Of a DNA stretch of 64,000 nt, positions 53,659 through 62,793 are shown piece after piece. Numbering within the stretch: the first letter of the stretch is position 1; each line of letters starts with the position of its first letter. Location: contig JAYPQH010000030.1 of the NCBI GenBank assembly GCA_038131935.1, positions 1 to 64,000 on the forward strand, in the 5' to 3' direction. Made by a program: the position numbers and the translations under genes. The notes beneath the pieces are model-generated. The model ran no database searches and was not told where the DNA came from. It saw nothing but the letters and a program-made list of their open reading frames with translations. The stretch is from Alphaproteobacteria bacterium (lineage in GTDB: Bacteria; Pseudomonadota; Alphaproteobacteria; UBA8317).

Positions 53659-54213
53659 TTAAAGTTTTTTCTTTTCTGAATGGATACCGGTCGCTACCAA
53701 GAAGCGCGACACCATATTATAAGCCGCGGTCACCGCAATAAGTTCCACCAAATGCCCAGATCCAATCTGTGACAACAGGCGTGATTTAAGCTCTTCGGGA
53801 ACAACAATATCGCGGGTCATGGCCACAACAAGCGCCACAGCGTCACGCTCTAGGTCATTGAATAACGAGGCATCAAAAGCATCGCTACCTGCTTTCAACA
53901 AAGCATCGGCTTGAGCTTGGCTTGCACCTTCTGCAACATATATCGGCGCATGGGCTTCATATTCGTAATCAGCCTTGTTGATGACAGCCACCACACACAT
54001 GGCCAACTCGCGCAGCTGTGGGTTTAAGGTCAATTTGGTGCGAAGGTTGCCCATGTAAATATTCCACCCCTCGGCAACAACCGGACTGTGAAGAAGCATA
54101 CGGTCTAGCTTCATCAAGCTGCCGCCGCGGCGTGCCCGAATGGCGGCACATAATTCGGCTGGTTCATTGTGATCGAGGGGCAAAAGTTCAAGTTGTTCCA
54201 TGATTATCCTCAT
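53659..54213 (-). CDS. Carboxymuconolactone decarboxylase/AhpD-like protein
   Basis: LDRMLLHSP, LRELA...VA..N.A.YE...H, AAYNMVSRFL. Confidence 0.85.
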   Translation of the reverse strand: MRIIMEQLELLPLDHNEPAELCAAIRARRGGSLMKLDRMLLHSPVVAEGWNIYMGNLRTKLTLNPQLRELAMCVVAVINKADYEYEAHAPIYVAEGASQAQADALLKAGSDAFDASLFNDLERDAVALVVAMTRDIVVPEELKSRLLSQIGSGHLVELIAVTAAYNMVSRFLVATGIHSEKKKL

Positions 54214-54243
54214 TTGTTGACATTGTTGGCACGCTCCATGCTG

Positions 54244-54969
54244 TCACAGGGCGAGATATTCCTTTTGGACTTCGGGTTGCCGTTGCAGATCATGGCTTGT
54301 ACCTGTCCATTCGACAAGGCCATTACGTAAAATGATATGTCGATCACAAATACGTAACATTGCCTTGGGGTTTTGATCGATGAGTAAAATGGCTTGGCCA
54401 GAGTCTCTAAGCTGATGTTGAAGTACATACCAGACTTCTGCCCGCATGAGCGGTGCCAATCCCTCAGTGGCCTCATCAAGCAGCATGACCAAAGGATTTG
54501 TCATCAACGCTCGGCCAATTGCAAGCATTTGTTGCTCACCCCCAGATAAAGTGCCTGCAAGTTGATACCGTCTTTCTTTCAACCGTGGAAACAGATCCAT
54601 CACACGATCACAGGTCCAAGGTTGCGCCACATGACGGCGGTTGGCGGCAACGCAGTATAGGTTTTCTTCCACATTAAGGGTTGGAAAAACTTGCCGCCCT
54701 TCAGGAACATAGCCCAACCCATATTGTGCCACATGATGACTAGGCTCGCGCGGATGGGTTTTGTGCCCCATGATGATACGCTCCCCCGCCATTAAGGGGA
54801 GAATACCCATGATCGTCTTCATAAGCGTGCTCTTGCCCATACCATTGCGACCAAGAAGGCCAACGATTTCTCCAGGATAAATCGTCAGGTCTATATCAAA
54901 CAACACCTGAAGATTGCCGTAACCAGCTTGAATACCGCGTAGCTCAAGAAGAGGCGTGGGGTGGATCAT
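54244..54969 (-). CDS. Liv-type ABC transporter ATPase (LivF-like)
   Basis: GRNGMGKST, LSGGEQQMLAIGRAL. Confidence 0.92.
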   Translation of the reverse strand: MIHPTPLLELRGIQAGYGNLQVLFDIDLTIYPGEIVGLLGRNGMGKSTLMKTIMGILPLMAGERIIMGHKTHPREPSHHVAQYGLGYVPEGRQVFPTLNVEENLYCVAANRRHVAQPWTCDRVMDLFPRLKERRYQLAGTLSGGEQQMLAIGRALMTNPLVMLLDEATEGLAPLMRAEVWYVLQHQLRDSGQAILLIDQNPKAMLRICDRHIILRNGLVEWTGTSHDLQRQPEVQKEYLAL

Positions 54970-55706
54970 AGATCATCTCCCAAATAGGCTGCTTGAACCG
55001 CTTCATGGGCGCGAATGTCTTCTGCCGTACCTGTAACCATGACCTTTCCCTGCACCAAAACTGATATTCTATCCGCAAGTTGAAACACCACATCCATATC
55101 ATGCTCTACCAGCAACATGGTCATGTCTCCACGTAATCCCTCCAGAACAGAGGTGATACGTTGCGACTCAGACTTTCCCATCCCGGCCATAGGTTCATCG
55201 AGCATGAGCAATCTTGGTTTGCGTGCGAGGATAACGGCCAATTCCAGCTCTCTCCTCAAGCCATGGGCAAGGTCCCCAGCGGGTTTATGCGCCTGCTCTT
55301 CAAGCCCAAGCTGTTGCAACATTTTCATGGCTTCATCTTGATGGGAGGAAAATGCTGAGGAAAAGAAACGAAAGGAATGGCCTTGTTGAATTTGTAGGCT
55401 TACCTGCACGTTTTGAAGGCATGTCATTTGAGGAAACAATCGAGAGATCTGGTAAGAGCGTGCGAGTCCCAAATGAATGCGCTTAAAGGCGGGCATATGG
55501 GTGATGTCCTGTTGCTGCAAGCTTACCGAACCCCTGTCAGGGGTGATCTCTCCAGATAAAAGCGACAACAATGTTGTTTTCCCGGCCCCATTTGGTCCAA
55601 TCAAACCATGTATCTCGCCAGGATGAACGTCAAAACATACATCATCATTTGCTTGCACACCCTGGAAGCTTTTGCTGAGGTTGTTAACCTTGAGAAGTGG
55701 TTCCAT
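54966..55706 (-). CDS. Liv-type ABC transporter ATPase (LivG-like)
   Basis: GPNGAGKTT, LDEPMAG, VEHDMD. Confidence 0.92.
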   Translation of the reverse strand: MEPLLKVNNLSKSFQGVQANDDVCFDVHPGEIHGLIGPNGAGKTTLLSLLSGEITPDRGSVSLQQQDITHMPAFKRIHLGLARSYQISRLFPQMTCLQNVQVSLQIQQGHSFRFFSSAFSSHQDEAMKMLQQLGLEEQAHKPAGDLAHGLRRELELAVILARKPRLLMLDEPMAGMGKSESQRITSVLEGLRGDMTMLLVEHDMDVVFQLADRISVLVQGKVMVTGTAEDIRAHEAVQAAYLGDDL

Positions 55707-55710
55707 GCGC

Positions 55711-56691
55711 TTAATCTTTCGAAGCCAGAAAACGTTGCAAAGCGCCCATGAGACCACCACGTGCAAACAGCACAACCAGAATGAGAATAGGGCCAAGGAT
55801 AAGGGACCAATGTTCAGTTTTTTCTGACAATACCTCTTCTAAGCCGATGAACATAATGGCGCCCGCAAGGCCTCCATAGATACTGCCCAAACCACCTAAG
55901 ATAATCATCACCAACATTTCACCAGAGCGGCTCCAATGCATCAATCCTGGTCCTATAAATTCAAAAAGGTTTGCGGCCAACGCACCAGATAATCCAGCCC
56001 ATGCGCCTGCAAGCGCGAAGGCAAAAAGGCGATAGCGAAACACAGGGACGCCCAAGGTAACCAAACGCTGCTCATCTTGTGCCGCAGCACGAATGATCAC
56101 GCCAAAAGGTGAAGCCAAAAGTTTTTTCAAAAAAATGATTTCAACAATGAGAAGGGCCAAACAAAGATAGAAAAAATGTTGATCATCATAAAGATCAATG
56201 AAGGGAAGGGTACTTCTTTGCCAAACACTCAACCCATCCTCCCCGCCATAGGTGGGAAGAGAAATCATGAAATGATACAGCATTTGGGCGAAAGCCAGGG
56301 TGATCATGATAAAAAATACACCCCTTGTGCGAAGGCTAAGAAGGCCCACCAAGGCGGCAAAAAGCCCTGAAACGATCATCGCCAAGGGGAATTGGATCAA
56401 TCCCTCAATGCTGCCCTGCCAAGAAAAAGGTAAAAAAGCGACATCAGTCATCTCATTATGATGCTTGGCAAGAATACCCACAGTGTAACCACCTAAACCG
56501 AAAAAGGCAGCGTGACCAAAACTTACCAAACCCGAAAATCCCACCAAAAGTCCAAGAGATATGACAGCCATTGCCATGATGATCATGCGGGTCGCCATGG
56601 TGACAAAAAAGGGGTCATCGATGACATGGGCCCAAACTGGCACCAGCATGGCTAACAACAGGGCAGCAAGACTTGTCAAAGCGATCTTCAT
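55711..56691 (-). CDS. Liv-type ABC permease (LivM-like)
   Basis: GLVSFGHAAFFG.G.Y, MITLAFAQM, GGEDG. Confidence 0.92.
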   Translation of the reverse strand: MKIALTSLAALLLAMLVPVWAHVIDDPFFVTMATRMIIMAMAVISLGLLVGFSGLVSFGHAAFFGLGGYTVGILAKHHNEMTDVAFLPFSWQGSIEGLIQFPLAMIVSGLFAALVGLLSLRTRGVFFIMITLAFAQMLYHFMISLPTYGGEDGLSVWQRSTLPFIDLYDDQHFFYLCLALLIVEIIFLKKLLASPFGVIIRAAAQDEQRLVTLGVPVFRYRLFAFALAGAWAGLSGALAANLFEFIGPGLMHWSRSGEMLVMIILGGLGSIYGGLAGAIMFIGLEEVLSEKTEHWSLILGPILILVVLFARGGLMGALQRFLASKD

Positions 56692-57614
56692 CTTTTGCCC
56701 TTTACCATAAACAGTCCCTCAGGGCGTATCATCAACACCACCGCCATCAGTAAGTAAATGGCGATATCGGACAAAGATCCTCCGATGCCAGCCGCGGTAG
56801 CTGGGGGCAATATCGTCATCAGGAGGCTTGGCAGGATTGCGCGGCCAAAAGTATCCACCAAACCCACCAACAAAGCGCCTGCAAACGCACCACGAACTGA
56901 ACCTAACCCTCCAATGATGATCACCACAAAGGTTAAGATAAGGATATTTTCACCCATACCAACTTGAACGGCCAGAAGGGGGGCGGCCATCGCACCTGCC
57001 AGTCCTGCCAGCATGGCTCCAAGTCCAAATACGAGCGTAAAGACACGCGCGATATCAACACCCATAGCGGCCACCATCTCACGATGGGTCGCACCCGCCC
57101 TTATCAACATTCCCAGCTTTGTATGCAAAATAAGGTGGCGTAGAAACAGTACAACCAACAAGCCCACCAAAATGATACTGATCCGGTAAAGTGGGTAGGT
57201 CATGTCAGGGCCAATGGGGACGGCGTGGTTTAAATAATCAGGTGGTGCCATGAATAAGGCTTGTGGCCCAAAGATGATTTTTGTGCCTTCGTTGGCTATA
57301 AGAATAATTCCAAAGGTTGCAAGCACTTGGTCGAGATGATCGCGGTCGTACAACCGCCTGAGAATCCCAAATTCAAGAATAAGTCCCATGATACCAGCGG
57401 CGAGCATACCCGCGCCAACAGATACCAAAAAAAGCTCCGTGCTTGCCATGACCGTGGCGGCTACATAAGCCCCTATCATATAGGTCGCACCATGGGCCAA
57501 ATTGATAATGCCCATGATCCCAAACGTCAGGGTTAGGCCTGATGCCAACAAAAAGAGCATCATTCCTTGCTGTAGTCCATTTAATGCTTGTTCAAAGAGT
57601 AATGCGATGCTCAT
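56688..57614 (-). CDS. Liv-type ABC permease (LivH-like)
   Basis: ASGLTLTFG.M..INLAHG, IGGLGS..GA. Confidence 0.92.
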   Translation of the reverse strand: MSIALLFEQALNGLQQGMMLFLLASGLTLTFGIMGIINLAHGATYMIGAYVAATVMASTELFLVSVGAGMLAAGIMGLILEFGILRRLYDRDHLDQVLATFGIILIANEGTKIIFGPQALFMAPPDYLNHAVPIGPDMTYPLYRISIILVGLLVVLFLRHLILHTKLGMLIRAGATHREMVAAMGVDIARVFTLVFGLGAMLAGLAGAMAAPLLAVQVGMGENILILTFVVIIIGGLGSVRGAFAGALLVGLVDTFGRAILPSLLMTILPPATAAGIGGSLSDIAIYLLMAVVLMIRPEGLFMVKGKR

Positions 57615-57622
57615 TATGAATT

Positions 57623-57644
57623 ACCCGGCGGGATCCCGCCGGGT
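57623..57644. promoter_or_regulatory. Perfect 22-bp GC-rich palindrome between the SBP and permease genes
   Basis: ACCCGGCGGGATCCCGCCGGGT; this position is typical of mRNA-stabilising hairpins that raise the SBP:permease ratio. Confidence 0.7.
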
Positions 57645-57664
57645 CTTTTATGAAAAGTGGAACA

Positions 57665-58828
57665 TTATTGGCCAAGTTTACAATCAGCCACGAAGGCATT
57701 GGCGTGATCTGTGAAAACCTTTGCAATGGTTTTGTTGGTCACCCCTTCACCATCTTCAACGACTTGCCGGACATAAATATCCTGAATAGGAAATTGGTTG
57801 GACGCGAAGGCAAACTTACCACGTACGGAGTCAAATTTTGCATTCTTCAACGCAGCGCGAAAGGCATCCTTATCCGAAATATCACCACCTACAGCTTTGA
57901 GCGCTGCATCAATGACCAAAGCAGCTTCATAACCCTGGCTTACATATAAAGATGGGCGTTTGCCAAACGCATCCATGTAAGAAGCAACAAAGGCCCGGTT
58001 CGCATCGTTATCCAAATCATGGGTGTATTGTGATGTGTTGTAAACGCCCAAAGCCGCTTTGCCGACAGCTTTGAGGATACCCTCGTCGAAGCTAAAAGCT
58101 GGCCCATAAAGATCTATATCCTTCTTCAGACCTGCTTGATCATATTGTTTCACAAAATTGATGCCCATTCCTCCTGGTAAGAAAAAATAGACAGCGTCAG
58201 GGTTGGCGGCACGAAGGTTGGCCAATTCGGCGGCATAATCCGTTTGACCAAGTTTTGTGTAGATTTCACCGACGATTTCGCCTTTGTAAAAGCGCTTAAA
58301 TCCTGCCAAGGCATCTTTACCGCCTGGATAATTAGGCGCCAAAATATAGGCCCTTTTGACATTCTGGGATGTTAAATATTGTCCGCCTGCCTCATGCAGG
58401 TTGTCATTTTGCCAGGCCACATTGAAAAAGTTTTTATCGCAGCGGGCACCTGCAAAAGCTGAAGGGCCAGAATTGGGGCTGATATAGATCACATCTTCTC
58501 GTGTAACCCCTGGTACGACCGCCATGGTGATATTGGACCAAATAATACCTGTGAGAATGTCAACGTTGTCTTTTTTGATCATGCGCGTTGCAGCTTGTTT
58601 GGCATTCTCCACTTTGCGTGCGTCATCAACCACGCTCAATGAAATAGGTACCCCACCAAGTTTTCCACCACGTTCCTTTATGGCCAATTCAAAGCCATCG
58701 CGTATATCTACACCAAGGCTTGCGCCGCCACCTGATAAAGTGGTGATCATGCCGATTTTGATGTCGGCCTGGGCAGCACCAGCAGCCAACATCGCTGCAC
58801 AGGTTGCAGCCATCATGAACTGTTTCAT
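57665..58828 (-). CDS. Liv-family periplasmic substrate-binding protein
   Basis: Signal peptide ending AQA-D, KIG.ITTLSG, TGIIWSN, APNY..GKD; substrate not determinable from the sequence. Confidence 0.9.
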   Translation of the reverse strand: MKQFMMAATCAAMLAAGAAQADIKIGMITTLSGGGASLGVDIRDGFELAIKERGGKLGGVPISLSVVDDARKVENAKQAATRMIKKDNVDILTGIIWSNITMAVVPGVTREDVIYISPNSGPSAFAGARCDKNFFNVAWQNDNLHEAGGQYLTSQNVKRAYILAPNYPGGKDALAGFKRFYKGEIVGEIYTKLGQTDYAAELANLRAANPDAVYFFLPGGMGINFVKQYDQAGLKKDIDLYGPAFSFDEGILKAVGKAALGVYNTSQYTHDLDNDANRAFVASYMDAFGKRPSLYVSQGYEAALVIDAALKAVGGDISDKDAFRAALKNAKFDSVRGKFAFASNQFPIQDIYVRQVVEDGEGVTNKTIAKVFTDHANAFVADCKLGQ

Positions 58829-58946
58829 TTTGTCTCTCTCCTGCCGGATTTCTACCCGACCTCCCAAATTTGTTGTAATAGAGGATTTCTAGACCCCCCT
58901 ATTGTTTGTAAGACAGAATGTTGGTTCATGCAAAGGAACAAGCAAG

Positions 58947-59672
58947 ATGCGTTGGCTCATAATATATTTTTCGTTTTTGATATCTTCCGCACATGCTGAT
59001 GATGCGATGCAACCTATTAAAGGCTTCGCCATAGACGTAAAAGAGGTCAGTATTGGATCATTTGCTGAATTTGTGGCGCAAACAGGTTACAAAACCGCAG
59101 CAGAGAGGAGCGGAGGAGGTATGGTTTATGCCTCGGGATGGGAGTTTATGCCGGGATGGACATGGAAAACGCCGTTTGGGGTCCCTGCTGATCCCAATGA
59201 GCCAGCTGTGCACGTCAATTTTGAAGATGCAACAGCTTATTGCCAATGGGCAGGCAAGCGCCTTCCTACCGAGCAGGAGTGGCGTTTGGCTGCCTACACT
59301 GAGACCCGCGAAGAACCAGATAATGGTTTTGTCAAAGGTCGAACATATCCCTACCCCACAGGGGATTCGCCAAAAGGCGCCAACTGCTTAGGGGATTGTG
59401 GTCCAACACCAGCTATTGACCATAGCGACAAACTTGAACGTGGAATCGGACATGCCCCTGTGGGGCAAACTGTTTCTGGTGTGAATGGCCTCTATGATAT
59501 GGGGGCAAATGTTTGGGAATGGGCTGAGGACTCCTCGCGATCATCTTCAAAAGCAACAATGGGAGGATCATGGTGGTATGGCGCTTATCGTATGCATCGT
59601 GATGATGGTGCGCGTAAGCCATTGGGAACCGCGGTGGTTTATATAGGATTTCGTTGCGCCAAAACATTGTGA
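58947..59672 (+). CDS. Exported FGE-sulfatase/SUMF1-fold protein
   Basis: GKRLPTEQEW, NGLYDMGANVWEW, GGSW, IGFRC; signal peptide. Confidence 0.85.
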   Translation: MRWLIIYFSFLISSAHADDAMQPIKGFAIDVKEVSIGSFAEFVAQTGYKTAAERSGGGMVYASGWEFMPGWTWKTPFGVPADPNEPAVHVNFEDATAYCQWAGKRLPTEQEWRLAAYTETREEPDNGFVKGRTYPYPTGDSPKGANCLGDCGPTPAIDHSDKLERGIGHAPVGQTVSGVNGLYDMGANVWEWAEDSSRSSSKATMGGSWWYGAYRMHRDDGARKPLGTAVVYIGFRCAKTL

Positions 59673-59832
59673 TTGCTTCATTGACTAGCGATGGCCAATT
59701 TTGAGGCAGCCTTCTTTGCCCAAAACATGTTCATCATCTTAAGTGACAACCATCTTGAGGGGCTTGTGCCAAGCATATTTGTCTGTTCAGGTTGTGTTGA
59801 ATGTTTAATGAAGTCGATAGGGGACCTAATCC

Positions 59833-60627
59833 ATGACAGAAATTGTGCAAACCCGTATCCATGATCAAGTTTGCGTCATCACCTTAAATCAAGCTGAAAC
59901 ACGTAATGCGTTAAATATGGCCATGGCAGAAGGGTTGCTGCAGGCGTTGCAGGATGTTCGTTATGCACAGGATGTACGTGCGGTGGTGATCACGGGTGGC
60001 CCGCAATTCATGGCAGGGGGCGATATCCGCTATTTTGCAGATAACATCAACAGTCCAGCTTCAAAATGGCGTGGTAAACTTAATGAGTTGATTGATCTCG
60101 CACATGGTTGTGTGATGGCCATACGGACCATGGATAAGCCCGTGGTCGCCAGTGTTGATGGTGCCGCTGCCGGGTTTGGCTTGAGCTTGATGATGGCATG
60201 TGATTTTGCAGTGGTTACGCAGAGGGCCCTGTTTACACTCGCTTATATTCATATTGGTACGAGCCCAGATGGTGGTTCTACCTTTTCCCTGCCAAGGCAT
60301 GTAGGCGCTAAGCGTGCTGCAGAAATCGCCATGTTAGGCGATCGTTTTGGAGCAGAAGAGGCATTAACTTGGGGGCTGGTAAATAAAGTTGTTCCTGTGG
60401 ATCAATTGGAGGAGGCCAGTTGGTCCTTAGCATCTCGTCTGGCGAATATGCCCACCAAGGCCTTAGGTCGGACGAAGGCTTTGCTTCGCCAATCTTTGTA
60501 TTCTTCACTAGAGGAACAATTGCATGCGGAGGCGGAGCAATTTGGTTGTTCCGCTGTAGAAAATGATTTTAGAGAGGGCATTAGCGCTTTTCTAGAAAAA
60601 CGAAAGCCACAATTTACCGGTCAATGA
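59833..60627 (+). CDS. Enoyl-CoA hydratase/isomerase, PaaG-like
   Basis: FMAGGD, GAAAGFG.SL...CD, PDGGST, EGISAFLEKRKPQF. Confidence 0.9.
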   Translation: MTEIVQTRIHDQVCVITLNQAETRNALNMAMAEGLLQALQDVRYAQDVRAVVITGGPQFMAGGDIRYFADNINSPASKWRGKLNELIDLAHGCVMAIRTMDKPVVASVDGAAAGFGLSLMMACDFAVVTQRALFTLAYIHIGTSPDGGSTFSLPRHVGAKRAAEIAMLGDRFGAEEALTWGLVNKVVPVDQLEEASWSLASRLANMPTKALGRTKALLRQSLYSSLEEQLHAEAEQFGCSAVENDFREGISAFLEKRKPQFTGQ

Positions 60628-60658
60628 GGATAAAAGCATAGACTTTGTGAATAGAAAA

Positions 60659-60684
60659 ACAGGCCCTGACTAGGGCCTGTCTTT
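60659..60684. terminator. Bidirectional intrinsic terminator
   Basis: ACAGGCCCT-GACT-AGGGCCTGT flanked by an A tract and CTTT, between convergent genes. Confidence 0.8.
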
Positions 60685-60706
60685 CATCGATACGTTCATT
60701 TTAAGT

Positions 60707-61970
60707 TCAAGAGAACATATCGCTGGTAATGCCAGCATACCAGCCTTCTGCTTCCATAAAGGTCTGTTCCCGGATCAAATCTTCCTCTCCAGTTGAGGAA
60801 ATGAACCCAGTAACCTTGACCACTTTTTCACCTTCAGCTTTGTAGTTCGCACCAACTTTCACAGAATCATTGTCTGCAACCAGTGACCAACAGGTGTTCC
60901 GGAAGCGCGGATCAAATGTACGTGATCCTGTTAACTCAGCGCGGATAGCCAAAGCCACAACCTTTGCTTGGCTGTTTGCTGAGAAGCCAGATTTTGGCAT
61001 GGCGCCATTGATACAAGCGTCGCCAAGAACATGAATGCCAGGAACCAATGCGGATTCAAAAGTGCTTGCACTCTTGATTGGGCACCATCCAGATGCATCT
61101 GCAATACCAGCGGCATGTGCAATCTTTCCTGCCTTTTGTGCTGGAATTGGATTCAAAACAGAACCCTTGAAGCTGCCTTTGTCGGTGATGATCTCACCTG
61201 CGCGTACCGCTTGCATGGACCCCACTTCTGAACCAGGCATCCATTCTACCATCCCGTCATAATGCTTTGCCCATGCTTCACGGAACAATGCCATCTTAGA
61301 ATGTTTCTCTTTTGGGTCTAAAATCACCACTTTTGATTTTGGTTTGTTGTTTTTAAGGTAATTTGCGACCATTGATGCGCTCGTAAGGTCCAGGAGGGCA
61401 ACGATATGGGTTGGGCGGCGCCATCATGAGGAACACGCCGCCATCATCCATGGCTTCGAGCTGTTTTTTGAGCATTACCGTTTGGGCTCCAGCCTTGTAA
61501 GCATGTGGGATGGAGTTGTCAGCAACAGCTGCATCATACCCGTCATAAAGATCATACCGGAAATCTATACCTGGGGCGATCACGAGGCGGTCGTAACTGA
61601 TCTTTGTTCCATCCGCGAGAATGACCTCTTTTCCATCGGCATTGACACCAGTTGCCATGGCATTAACCACTTTCACACCATGATTGTTGGCAAGCCCGTC
61701 ATATGAATGCGTGATATCGTTCATGTTACGGTAGCCACCAAGGTACCAATTTGAAAAGAAACAAGTGGTGTATGTTTTGTTGGCCTCAATAAGAACAACT
61801 TCCACAGCCCCCTTGCTATCTTTGGCAACATAGCGTGCCACTGTGGCACCAGCAGCGCCACCACCAATAACAACAAGCCTTTTGGCTGATGCTTTGGCGA
61901 TTTTGGGTGCTGACAGAATCGCTGCCGTAGCTACCCCAGCTCCCAAAACAGAGCGTCTTGTAATTGACAT
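60707..61970 (-). CDS. fccB: Flavocytochrome c sulfide dehydrogenase flavoprotein (FccB/SoxF), Tat-exported (frameshift near 61372)
   Basis: TRRSVL Tat motif, GGGAAG, TCFFSN FAD-attachment Cys, YRCPPGPYER, MPKSGFSANSQAK, NTCWS. Confidence 0.92.
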
Positions 61971-62020
61971 AAAGCCTTCCTCCTCTTGATCATGCTTTTT
62001 TGTATTCATGTGGTGGTAAT

Positions 62021-62332
62021 TTATTTTTGTTCTTGTGAAGCAAAATAAGCTGCAAGTGCTTCTACATCTTCCTCACTCAACGACGTAGCCACCAAATTCA
62101 TGGTTTGGTTTTCTCGGAAGCCGTCGCGATAATCATTCATCGCTTCAACGAAATACTCTGCATCTAGGCCATGGATAATGGGCACATTGCCAACAATTTC
62201 GTGAGATTGATGGCATCCCATACATTCTTGGGCCAGATATTCACCCAATTCTATATCACCAGACAAAGCCGTTGTTTGCATCATCAAAAATCCCATGATG
62301 AAACCGCTCAGCTTCCAAAAGAAAACATTCAT
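62021..62332 (-). CDS. Monoheme c-type cytochrome, FccA/SoxE-like partner
   Basis: Signal peptide, single CMGCH, distal Met in RENQTM; directly upstream of fccB. Confidence 0.85.
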   Translation of the reverse strand: MNVFFWKLSGFIMGFLMMQTTALSGDIELGEYLAQECMGCHQSHEIVGNVPIIHGLDAEYFVEAMNDYRDGFRENQTMNLVATSLSEEDVEALAAYFASQEQK

Positions 62333-62562
62333 GAACACACCCCCGTAATGTTTTGGCATTTTTTTTATTTTTACCAAAACATTATGTAGAATATAGAAAA
62401 CATGAAATGAGGCAAGAACGAAAACGTCACACAGGGTGCAAAAAAGACAAATTTCGCGCGAAATGAGCGCTTTTGAGTATTTTTGTTTCACGTAGAATAA
62501 GTTTTTCGATAAAAAAAATGCGCGACGGGTTGTCACATCTATTTGTTGGATTATCTCCCCCA

Positions 62563-62680
62563 TTGAGTCCAGTTATCTGGCTCACACCTCTTGTGTTCAT
62601 GTTCACAAGGTTCTCTTGCGAACATGTCCATGCTCTAACTTTCCTTCCGGTCCATTATGGGTCCCGGAAGGTTTTTTTTC
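62563..62680 (+). ncRNA. Candidate small RNA or leader with three hairpins ending in an intrinsic terminator
   Basis: TGAG(T)CCAG-TTAT-CTGGCTCA; CATGTTCACAAG-GTTCT-CTTGCGAACATG; CCTTCCGG...CCGGAAGG followed by T8. It lies between divergent genes with no credible + strand CDS to terminate. Confidence 0.55.
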
Positions 62681-62793
62681 CCTTCCTTATCTGCACTTTT
62701 GTCATCTTTTTGTTCTTTACTGATTGCAAGCATGAAAAAGCATGTTTAGAGGTGGCGCTGTTGGGGTTGAAAAAGGGGTAAAGGACAATCGAT

